DNA of 64,000 nucleotides from Methanomassiliicoccaceae archaeon (GTDB lineage Archaea; Thermoplasmatota; Thermoplasmata; Methanomassiliicoccales; Methanomassiliicoccaceae): NCBI GenBank assembly GCA_963728405.1, contig CAVSJV010000007.1, positions 96,001 to 160,000 of the forward strand, read 5' to 3'. Shown piece by piece: positions 40,735 to 49,588 of this stretch (position 1 is its first letter; each line of letters starts with the position of its first letter). The notes under the pieces were generated by a model. It saw only the letters and a program-made list of their open reading frames with translations, ran no database searches and was not told where the DNA came from. The position numbers and the translations under genes were made by a program.

Positions 40735-43130
40735 TTCAAACTTTTTCAATATCATCTCCCTTTGGTATATCGGAAAATTCCCTGAGGACCATTTTTACTT
40801 CTTCTTCGGAGAGCTTGTATAACTTGAAAACGAGAGCATCAATCTCCGATTCTCTACATCCAGTCTGTTCGAGTTATCCCACTTTGCCGGCTCTTCTCGC
40901 CTGGCCACTATCATTCCCCATTCTCTGGAGACTCATTCAATGTGTAAGTCAGTATTGAAACCTTTTCTATTAGCCGATTTTGAAAATGTTTCTGTACCAT
41001 TAACGGTGCCTTCTTGGATATGTCTCAATGGCGGGACAGGTATTTGCCTAAGAATGAACCAATTCAGCGTGATGTTTCCGATTTTCTGTCTTGCTAGGAA
41101 ATCGAACATGAGCTGAATTTATTGTAGTGCACAAGAGGCAGGCTTCAGCCTCTGCAGTACCTTCACCTCTAGAGTTGGTAATTTATTTGACACAACACAT
41201 TTAGGAAGTATAGATGCCCTAACGGTCCTCCTGTTTGTTGCTGCCGTTATGTCCTTGAATGCGAGGTGCCATGGCTTCAAGTTACCCTGCAATCTCATGT
41301 TGCACTGAACAGCATCGAGCGGGATAGCGTACCGAGATTTAACAAGAAACTGTTGGATTGGCCAGTTCCGTAAAAGATGGACATAATTTGATAAGCCGGA
41401 TCGAAGAATATTATCCGGTCTTGGTTACTGATGAACCTGCCCTGTGGTTGTATCTATCAACCATCTTGCCCTCATATACTCTCAGGTATGTGACTCCGTT
41501 GTCAAAAAGCAATCCAGGCTCTTCCCCCATCAAATACCATCGCCTGCAGTGGGTACAAAAATACTTGGAATCGTTGGTCATGTCGGCCTGTCTACGGAAC
41601 CTTACCCCCCAAGACCTGCTCGTCGATACCGTCCGATAGAATGTCGAAATTCTTATGAACCTTAAGGAGGAGGGGGTAATCACCTCCGGGTTCTTTGGAA
41701 ATCATGGATGGTCTTGGTCATAGGGTTTAGGGAGCGTATTTCACTCGCTAGTCAAAGTGAATATGAAGCTCAGTCGAAATATCCTATCTGATTTGGAATT
41801 GTAAAACGATACTCTCAATGGATTTTTACTGGTCCCCTTTATAGCTATTCAGGTATGAGAAGCGGTACCTCCCATCGACATTCGGGAATATCTTTTTTTT
41901 ATTAAGGAAATCAGTGGGACTCAACGATTTCTTGATTATGCATCATGTCGGAAAATAGTTCTTTAAGGTGATAGTCGGTCGCAATTCCGGTTGGTACTAT
42001 CGAGTCCCATCAAGCCACTTTCCACCAACAGTTCCCTACATCTCTCAACAAAGAGTGCGTAATAGTTCAGCTCACCCTTGGATGAAAAGAGGATAGTGGC
42101 CACAGGACTTCAGAAAAGTTGTCCTTTCTTTCACCATTTGCCGATATTTTTCAATTCTCTATATGCACATCATGGTTTGTCGAGTGAGCCAGCCTTTTCT
42201 CGATTTCGGCTTTGCTAGGCGCTGTCCATCCTGCACTCTCTAAGGCCTCTCTGGTTACTACCTTCACCTTCTCCCATGGAGGATTGGTGATGATTATGCT
42301 GAACCCCTTGAGGGTAGGGAACTCATGACACCAGTCAAACGGTTGGTCTGATGTGTAAGGTGCATAACCTGGGAGTGCGGGAAGCGGCTTCCTGAATGTT
42401 GCCCCCACAAGCGAGTCGCCCTGCTTTATGTTTGGAATTACGCCGTCAATTCCGTTGTAGGTGGTTTGCCCAAAACAAAAATCTTGAACCTTTCACAGCG
42501 ATGATATCCTTATCGACACCAAAAATACAATTCCTAACAATCTCTCTTCTTATTGATAATGACTCTTCCTGTGAAAGAGGAGGTGACGATGGCTTCGATC
42601 ACTCCTTTGTGAACGCAAATAATAATCCACCTGTTCCACAAGCGGGGTCCAAAATCTTTAAACTCGTGATATGCTCCAATATCTAGAAGTGTGCCACTTC
42701 TACAGAATTCTGGGTTATTGTTGAGATAATTACTAATCAACCTTTTTGAAAGATTAGCTCCCAATTCCGGCGCTGTGAGATATGTGCCCCCTCGGCGACG
42801 GCTTGTTTTTGATGCTTCGATAACATTTTTTGAGCCATTTTTGAAAGAAGATATGAATTCGACCTGGTCCGATAAAAACTCCCATAACCGGTCTGACTTT
42901 CTACAATCTATGGCACCGAAATGCCCAGCTAGCTCCGTATCAATTGCTTCTGGTAGTTCCAATAAACCTATTTCCTCTGGGATGGGTAATGAGCATATTG
43001 ATTTAATAAGGTATGAAATATAGAATTCTTTCACCAGTGATTTGTCGTTACATTTTTCAGAAAGGATGTTAGCGATGGAAATAGCTTTTGTAATATCTAA
43101 TTCGTTGATTCTGTTATGTGGTTTTTTCAT
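40735..43130 (-). CDS. Type IIG/Eco57I-like restriction-modification N6 methyltransferase, fragmented
   Basis: GTYLTAP, ILDPACGTG (alternate frame), FGVDKD, IKQGDSL, IITNPPWEK, YEGKM, LAFKDITAATNRRTV. Confidence 0.7.
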
Positions 43131-43347
43131 TATCGCCCAATGTGCTAGCCTCTAGGATGTTTTCATTCTCAATAAGAATCCCTCTCTTTTTTAGTGACTC
43201 CAAGGATGTGAAGATGGAAGAGCGAGACCTGTCCAATGAATCCGCTAGTTCCCCTATTGTGGGTTTACGCTTCAGGGTTTTCTGCGAGTTCAATGAGTCT
43301 TCTCCATTACGTCGATTTGTGATGGGGTCAATTGTTTTGACATTCAC
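43114..43347 (-). CDS. Small winged-HTH regulator upstream of the RM gene
   Basis: TIGELADSLDRSRSSIFTSLESLKKRGIL. Confidence 0.6.
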   Translation of the reverse strand: MNVKTIDPITNRRNGEDSLNSQKTLKRKPTIGELADSLDRSRSSIFTSLESLKKRGILIENENILEASTLGDNEKTT

Positions 43348-43705
43348 GTATCTACAAACAGAATGTCATATACAGCTTTAATATATACTGGTAGTATTTC
43401 TAAATCGGATATTCGGAAGGAATAGAAATCTTATGTTCTTGTTCTTTGAATGGAAAACTAGTAATTGTACACTGCCTAGAACGATGTTCATCTGCTCATT
43501 AATGAAGTAATAATTAACCAATAGTTCAGTTTTAACTAAAATTTAACTTAATTATTTTGATAATAGCCAGTCGTCAATATTGCGATGAATTAGTTAAATA
43601 AGTTAGAAGGAGTAGAGGACCAGCTACGGTTAATCTACTGTGGTTAAGATATTTTCTTAATAAAATATAGCTAAAAAAAGAGATGGAAAGGTGTTTCATG
43701 CGTTT

Positions 43706-43813
43706 CTATCTCGCATATTCCTTATGCTCTCGAGCAGGGCGGTTGTCCCGAGGTTGGTACAAAACGGGGTCGAGCCAGTCGTCTGGAGAGGTAAAAATCC
43801 CCCCCTGTCCACT
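43706..43813. repeat. att copy 1: 93-nt right arm plus tRNA-Ala core
   Basis: Core identical to the tRNA 3' end; arm homologous to copies 2 and 3. Confidence 0.9.
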
Positions 43814-43986
43814 TCGCAATTATATCTAGATGGAAAAACTGCGCTTATTAGTCAATAATTCTATATTTTTACTATGAATGGTAAAATGAAGGAATATTCG
43901 CACTGGCATTATTGAGCTAATCACCCTACGGCCATTCACCTTGGTTTTATTGGTATGTAGAGCGATTATCATTCGAAGTCGATCCC

Positions 43987-44754
43987 ATGATGCTTCAATC
44001 CCCTTGGCCGCCCGTCCCGGGGTCTTTTGTCCTCGGTTCTATGAAATCCCCTGTGGCCGTAGCTATTGTGGGTAGGGCTAGATTTGCTCTGTCGCCTGAA
44101 CACTACTGCATGATGGGCCATCTACGATCCGCCAATCTGGGCATCGAGAAGGTCATTGCCAATATCGTCAGCAACCCCCGCATCCGATTCCTGATCGTAT
44201 GCGGTCGAGAGGAAGGCCATCTGCCTGGCGATGCTATAGTCAGTCTGGCCAATAATGGCATCAACGAGGACACGAGCATCGTTGGCACCAGAGCTCAGTT
44301 GCCATTTCTTTCCGACATTACCCGTGAAGCGATCGCCCGGTTCAGGGAGCAGGTCAAGGTCATCGACCTGATGAATCCAAAAGAATCAGATGGTAGCATT
44401 GATTGGCAGGATCCGCCCTTCGATTTCGATGCTGGACGACTAAAGGAGCTGGAGGATGTCATATCTGAGTGTGAACGAACAGACCCGGGTACGCACCCCG
44501 GGGGGCCGATGATCGTTGCCCTACCTAGGCCATTTCATAGCAAGAAGGATATTGGCATGGTCCTCAAGGACCAGGTGGACAGGATCTCCAGCCTTATGCT
44601 CCGCATGCCCAGCGAGAAATTGAACACCGATAGCGATTTGGTGACCATATCATCGGAGTTCGAGATTATCATGGACCCCGTTGACGGGGCGGTTATGGGG
44701 GTGCCCTCCATCGCCTTCTATAAACGAATGAGGGCATACCTGATGGGGAAGTAG
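43987..44754 (+). CDS. MtrA-like corrinoid protein (tetrahydromethanopterin S-methyltransferase subunit A domain) with C-terminal extension
   Basis: WPPVPG.F..G...SPVAV, NLGIEKVIANIVSNPRIRFLIVCG.E.GH..G, IPF-like LPFL, AIARFREQV. Confidence 0.85.
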   Translation: MMLQSPWPPVPGSFVLGSMKSPVAVAIVGRARFALSPEHYCMMGHLRSANLGIEKVIANIVSNPRIRFLIVCGREEGHLPGDAIVSLANNGINEDTSIVGTRAQLPFLSDITREAIARFREQVKVIDLMNPKESDGSIDWQDPPFDFDAGRLKELEDVISECERTDPGTHPGGPMIVALPRPFHSKKDIGMVLKDQVDRISSLMLRMPSEKLNTDSDLVTISSEFEIIMDPVDGAVMGVPSIAFYKRMRAYLMGK

Positions 44755-44764
44755 AGCGGTTTAG

Positions 44765-45044
44765 ATCATTGAACTTATGAACGAATGCCTTCGGGCGCTC
44801 AAACCTGGCGGCCTGAATCTACTCGGTGAGGAGCGACCACGGCCCACAGTTCGGACAAGGAACCCACTATGGCGAGGATATGTACGCTAATGGCCTGGGC
44901 TTCGAGGTGCAGTTCTTCAGCGAGGACAAAATAAAACGGATGGCCAAAGGATACGAACTGTTGTGGATACGTGAGTTCGAGGAGCAGTCACCTCCTTTCC
45001 CAAGGAAGCTGTACGAGGTCGTGCTGAGAAAGCCTAGCAGGTGA
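44765..45044 (+). pseudogene. C-terminal fragment of a class I SAM methyltransferase
   Basis: NECLRALKPGG followed by SVRSDH...GFEVQFFSE; no N-terminal half or motif I. Confidence 0.55.
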
Positions 45045-45227
45045 GTTCTAAACGGGAGGTTAGAGCGTGCAGTGTACCGTATTATGGGGGGAGGGGAAAA
45101 TTCTTAACTTCCGAATGCTTCCAAATTGTTAATCCGGAAGCTCTTCTTGAACTGCCCCGCATCTAATCTTTTTACTATCTTCCGAACTTCCTACTAAAAA
45201 AAGAAAAGGAAAAAGTTTAGGGCGACA

Positions 45228-45336
45228 CTATCGCATTTCTTCCTTGAGCATCCGAGCAAGTAGCTGTTCTTCCGGATGGTACAAACGAGGGGTTAGCTAG
45301 TCAGTTTGGAGAGTAAAAATCCCCCCCCCGTCCACT
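45228..45336. repeat. att copy 2: 93-nt right arm plus degenerate core
   Basis: AAATCCCCCCCCCGTCCACT at 45317-45336; arm contains TGGTACAAA...GTTAGCTAG. Confidence 0.85.
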
Positions 45337-45337
45337 T

Positions 45338-45550
45338 CTAACTATATCCAGATGGTTCGTATTTTGAATCTATAACGGGCTTCCGCAACGTTATTGCCGG
45401 TTCGTCCTTCCAGGCATCCTTTAGTTGCTTACCGGGCACCTTGCTCCATACGGTAGTAGGAGCGTTGCGTCGTCGTTAGGGAATTGTGCCTCAACTGCGC
45501 GGACATGGCCGGGAGGAGGCCCATGTCGATGTTCACGATGTGCCATTCCA
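45338..45550 (-). pseudogene. C-terminal remnant of a second-family tyrosine integrase
   Basis: Hand translation LLPAMSAQLRHNSLTTTQRSYY (H..TT..Y box) ... QLKDAWKDEPAITLRKPVIDSKYEPSGYS*. Confidence 0.7.
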
Positions 45551-45563
45551 TTTTAAAAACGAT

Positions 45564-46480
45564 CTATACGGAAAATAGTTTGGTGCTTAGGTATTTTTCG
45601 CCCCGGTCAGGTAAAATAGTTACAATAACGCCGGACTTTATCTGCTTGGCTATCTCGATGGCAGCGTACATTGCGGCACCGCTGCTCATACCAACGAAGA
45701 TCCCTTCCTGTTTAACGATCTGACGGGTCATCTCATAAGCTATTTCCGTCTCGACCATGATGGTGATGTCGATCTGGGTAGGGTCATATATCGCCGGGAC
45801 AATGGCTTCTTCCATGTTCTTTAATCCCTGGATATAGTGTCCTTTAACAGGGTGGGCGCTGACTATCTTTATTTGCGGATTATGTTCCTTTAACGCTTTA
45901 CCTACGCCCATTATCGTGCCAGAAGTGCCTAACGCCGATACAAAATAGTCTACTTTGCCTCCAGTTTGCTTCCAGATCTCATCCCCGGTCGTCTTATAAT
46001 GCGCAAGCTGGTTATATTGGTTGGAAAATTGGTCCGGCATGAAGTACTTTTGAGGATTTGCCTTGACCAATTCCCGTGCCTTTCCTAATGGCGCCGTCGG
46101 TGCCGTATTTCCCCTCGCTTAAGGTGACGATTCCGCCGAACGCTTTGATCATCTGTCGTCTCTCTACCGAGACGGTATTCACTCATAACGATCTCTACTT
46201 CGTAACCCTTGATCGCCCCGATCATCGCTAAAGCCACGCCGGTATTTCCCGACGTTGGTTCGATGATAGTTTTATTTTTAGTCAGCGTGCCCTCATCTTC
46301 AGCCTGCTGGATCATGCTTAAGGCAATCCGGTCTTTGATACTGCCAGTAGGATTGAATCCCTCTACTTTGGCATATATCGTCGTGTTCTTGTTCGGATTA
46401 AGCTTGTTTATCCTGACCAAGGGGGTATTGCCGATCGTCTGGAGGATATTTTCTTTAAAATCGGCCGATGGCGTTTTCAT
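45564..46480 (-). CDS. PLP-dependent cysteine synthase (CysK/CysM family), frameshifted
   Basis: [48 protein letters not shown]. Confidence 0.88.
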
Positions 46481-46581
46481 GTTATATTCCCCCTGTGAAA
46501 GGGGAGAGCATTTATAAATAAAATATATCACAGCTAAGAAATATCAGCGACTAGTGCGGTTGTTGAATCCGGTTCAAAAAT

Positions 46582-46688
46582 CTATCGCACGAATTTCTTT
46601 AGTTCTCGAGCGGGTTTGTTGTCCTGAACTTGGTACAAAACAGGGTCAAGCCAGATGTCTCGAGGGCATCAAATCCCCCCCGTCCACT
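46582..46688. repeat. att copy 3: 93-nt right arm plus degenerate core
   Basis: CAAATCCCCCCCGTCCACT at 46670-46688; arm TTGTCCTGAACTTGGTACAAAACAGGGTCAAGCCAG. Confidence 0.85.
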
Positions 46689-46810
46689 TCTAACAATATC
46701 CAGGCAAATATCTTCCGTTGTCAATTAATGGCCCTTGGTGATACATAGGGTGGGGGCTTCCTTTATTGGCCAGGCCTCTTCTAACTATCTCCTGACGGCG
46801 ATCCCCCATT
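46689..46810 (-). pseudogene. Integrase C-terminal tail remnant (second family)
   Basis: LEEAW...PLIDNGRYLPGYC* parallels KDAW...PVIDSKYEPSGYS* after att copy 2. Confidence 0.5.
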
Positions 46811-46887
46811 ATCCATCACGAGGGGCCTTTCGTGGTCGTTGAGGTGATCGGCCGCACAAACAATTATACGCATCGAATTATGATAAA

Positions 46888-47193
46888 ATGGGTAAGGTGC
46901 ATCATCATATGCCAATTGATTGGGACATGGAAGACTGCGATGAGGATATCACCCCTGACCTCATTGCCGCTCTAAATTCGATCTGGGATGAATTACCTGC
47001 AAGGATGCAGAACAGCATAATATCCTATCTAAATTTTGAGGATAACGGCAAATGGGAGCTAACTATCGAATTTTTCATATCGGAAGAAGGAAAGCCAGTT
47101 TCCCTGATGATGGTTATTGAGAACACTGATGACATCGATAGCGATATAACCTACACAGAATCGATAAACATTGATTTTAATAAAAATGAATAG
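46888..47193 (+). CDS. Acidic hypothetical protein
   Basis: 101-aa ORF in AT-rich DNA; no recognised motif. Confidence 0.5.
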   Translation: MGKVHHHMPIDWDMEDCDEDITPDLIAALNSIWDELPARMQNSIISYLNFEDNGKWELTIEFFISEEGKPVSLMMVIENTDDIDSDITYTESINIDFNKNE

Positions 47194-47609
47194 ATGCACG
47201 CCCAAAGTACTGATCTTCAGAGGCCTACGTTAAATTACTGTCAGGATCAAGGCCGAATTTAACGTAATACCTAGCCCCTGAAGCGCCCCCTCATAACACG
47301 GGGTCAGGGTCACAGGGGGCATCCGCCGTCGGCCGACGGCTCGCGCCGATCGGAGGCAGCACACTCGGTAATCTGGTGCTGCTCGAGGCGGTCAGATTCC
47401 TCTCCGCGGCCGGCGGGGCCTACGGCAGCCCGAGGTACGAAGAACACGGTGCCAACTACGAGCTCAATCTTGCCGCTTTAACAAGGATTAACCCTCGTAG
47501 CTTGTCAGAAGAGCCCCCGGGCCGTCTAATCGGAGAGGTCTCTAGGGGTGGCAAAGATTAATGGGGTCAGTAGCTCAATCTGGACCTGTTTCTAAAGGGG
47601 GGCAGTGTT

Positions 47610-48566
47610 TTGTTCGCTATCGAGGTCAAGCATCTTTCCAAGCAGTTCGATGATTTCCGGGCACTGTCCAATGTGAGCTTCTCGGTGGAGGACGGCGAAA
47701 CATTCGGTTTCCTCGGCCCTAACGGTGCTGGAAAGACCACAACGATCCGTATCCTGACCGGCATATCTGCCCCGACGGAAGGTACGGCCACCATCTTTGG
47801 CCGAGACATCGTTAAGGAGACCATCGCCGCGAGGAAGCTGATGGGCATAGTCCCGGAAACGTCGAACATCTACGACGACCTCACTGCCTGGCGGAACCTG
47901 ATGTTCTCCGCCGAGCTCTATGGCATCACTAGGAGCGTGAGGGAGAAACGCGGAAAGGAACTTCTGGAACTTTTTAGTTTATGGTCGAGGAAGGACGATA
48001 AGGCCCGTGGTTTCTCCAAAGGGATGAAGCGCCGACTAACGCTGGCGATGGGGCTCATTAATGAGCCTCAATTGCTCTTTCTGGACGAGCCTACGTCTGG
48101 ACTGGACGTACAGAGTAACCTCATCATCCGCGAAATCATTCGTGACCTGAACTCGAAAGGGGTGACGGTGTTCCTGACCACCCATAACATCGAGGAAGCC
48201 AACCTCCTCTGCGATAGGGTAGCCATCATAAACAAGGGGCGCATCGCCGCCATCGATTCACCTGAGAAGCTCAAGGGGGCCATTCAGAGCGTGCAATCGG
48301 TGGAGGTCGCGTTCGACCACGCCTCTCTCGATCTGATGGAAGTTCTGAGGGGCATCGCTACGGTCAGCGAGGTCCGAAAGGAAGGGGACAAATATCGGCT
48401 CTTCACCGAGGACCCCTCGACGGTCATCGCCCAGCTCACGGGGTACGCGAACGCCCACGGCAATACTATCGTAAGCTTGAACACCTACGGGCCGAGCCTC
48501 GAGGATGTCTTCATCAAGCTCACCGGCCTGGATGTCCGGACCAGGGGGGTGAGGACCGTTGAATGA
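47610..48566 (+). CDS. ABC-2 (multidrug-type) transporter ATP-binding protein
   Basis: GPNGAGKT, FSKGM, LFLDEP, TTH. Confidence 0.92.
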   Translation: MFAIEVKHLSKQFDDFRALSNVSFSVEDGETFGFLGPNGAGKTTTIRILTGISAPTEGTATIFGRDIVKETIAARKLMGIVPETSNIYDDLTAWRNLMFSAELYGITRSVREKRGKELLELFSLWSRKDDKARGFSKGMKRRLTLAMGLINEPQLLFLDEPTSGLDVQSNLIIREIIRDLNSKGVTVFLTTHNIEEANLLCDRVAIINKGRIAAIDSPEKLKGAIQSVQSVEVAFDHASLDLMEVLRGIATVSEVRKEGDKYRLFTEDPSTVIAQLTGYANAHGNTIVSLNTYGPSLEDVFIKLTGLDVRTRGVRTVE

Positions 48567-49317
48567 GCACATTTGGTATGATCAGGTAATATCCGAGATC
48601 AAGGCTGCCTGGGCCATCGCCAAGAAGGACATGAAGATCTACTACATCAAGCCGAACATCATCGTTTCCGGGGTGCTATTCCCACTTTTCATGTTCCTGG
48701 CCTTCTCGGTCAGCAACACCTCAGGCCCTTCGGTCCTGATACCCGGTCTGATCGCCATCACCATTCTATTCTCCGCATCATCGATCGAGCCGGTATCCAT
48801 CCCCATAGAGCGGAGGACGAAGACCTTCGATCGTCTCCTCTCAGCGCCGGTGTCCCTGAATGCGGTCGTTCTGGGGGAGAGCTTGAGCGGCTTCTTGTAC
48901 AGTCTGGGCATCGCCTTCGTTCCATTGGTCGCTGGGTTCCTGGTCTTCAGTGCGTCCATCGTGGACGTCCTCCCCCTCGTCCTTGGGCTCCTCTTGACCT
49001 CGTTCTGCATCGCCTCTATGGGAACGCTGTTCGCGGCCTATCCCACCGAGAGCCCCGGGGACATCATGTCCATGCTAAACGTGGTCCGGCTGCCACTGGT
49101 CTTCATCTCGGGAGTATTCATCCCTCTGGCGTCGATACCGGCCATCGGCCAGTTCGTGACCTACTTCTCCCCGCTCACCTACGGTTACGACCTCATCCAC
49201 GCCGCTTATTCCGGTACATCGCACTTCGATCCCATCATCGACGTGCTGATGTTACTGGTCTTCATCGTGTTCTTCCAACTGCTGGCCGACCGACTCTATA
49301 AGAGGTACAACGCCTGA
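48559..49317 (+). CDS. ABC-2 transporter permease
   Basis: Six TM helices; ERRTKTFDRLLSAP, SGVFIPL, SPLTY. Confidence 0.9.
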   Translation: MNEHIWYDQVISEIKAAWAIAKKDMKIYYIKPNIIVSGVLFPLFMFLAFSVSNTSGPSVLIPGLIAITILFSASSIEPVSIPIERRTKTFDRLLSAPVSLNAVVLGESLSGFLYSLGIAFVPLVAGFLVFSASIVDVLPLVLGLLLTSFCIASMGTLFAAYPTESPGDIMSMLNVVRLPLVFISGVFIPLASIPAIGQFVTYFSPLTYGYDLIHAAYSGTSHFDPIIDVLMLLVFIVFFQLLADRLYKRYNA

Positions 49318-49404
49318 GCGGCCAGTGGAGCGCCGTTACTCGCCGACAGCCATTGGGGGGCGGGTGTCGCTGCCATCCATGAAGGTGGCTCGGACGAAAT
49401 GGGC

Positions 49405-49588
49405 CTGTACTGCCTATCCGGATCCCCTCGATGGGCGCGAGAACACCAAGACGGTCATCGACCGGGGCCTGGACCTGGCAAAGTCACCGGGTGCCGGGGT
49501 CACCGCCCGGAGCGTCGACGTGGCCGAAGCGGCCGTCGGGAATGCGTTCCGCTCTGTACTGGTCGTTCGCATACCGAGCAAAGGCTAG
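49405..49588 (+). pseudogene. Universal stress protein remnant
   Basis: IPLDGRENTKTVIDRGLDLAK...VTA..VD and terminal SVLVVR, with the middle deleted. Confidence 0.45.

Larger units (their letters stand above)
34482..43813. mobile_element. Integrative element (about 9.3 kb) inserted in the tRNA-Ala 3' end
   Basis: Identical 19-bp direct repeat AAATCCCCCCCTGTCCACT at 34482-34500 and 43795-43813; integrase at the left end; AT-rich cargo. Confidence 0.9.

Noticed and set aside
45297-45299. In-frame TAG in arm copy 2 as a pyrrolysine codon
   Set aside because: It aligns with TGG (Trp) in the other two copies, so a single transition in a decaying unit is simpler; no pyl genes in the window.
43706-46688. 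Classical integron with attC sites
   Set aside because: The repeats are tRNA 3' duplications, no attC R-box structure was seen, and the integrase shows no recognisable IntI features.
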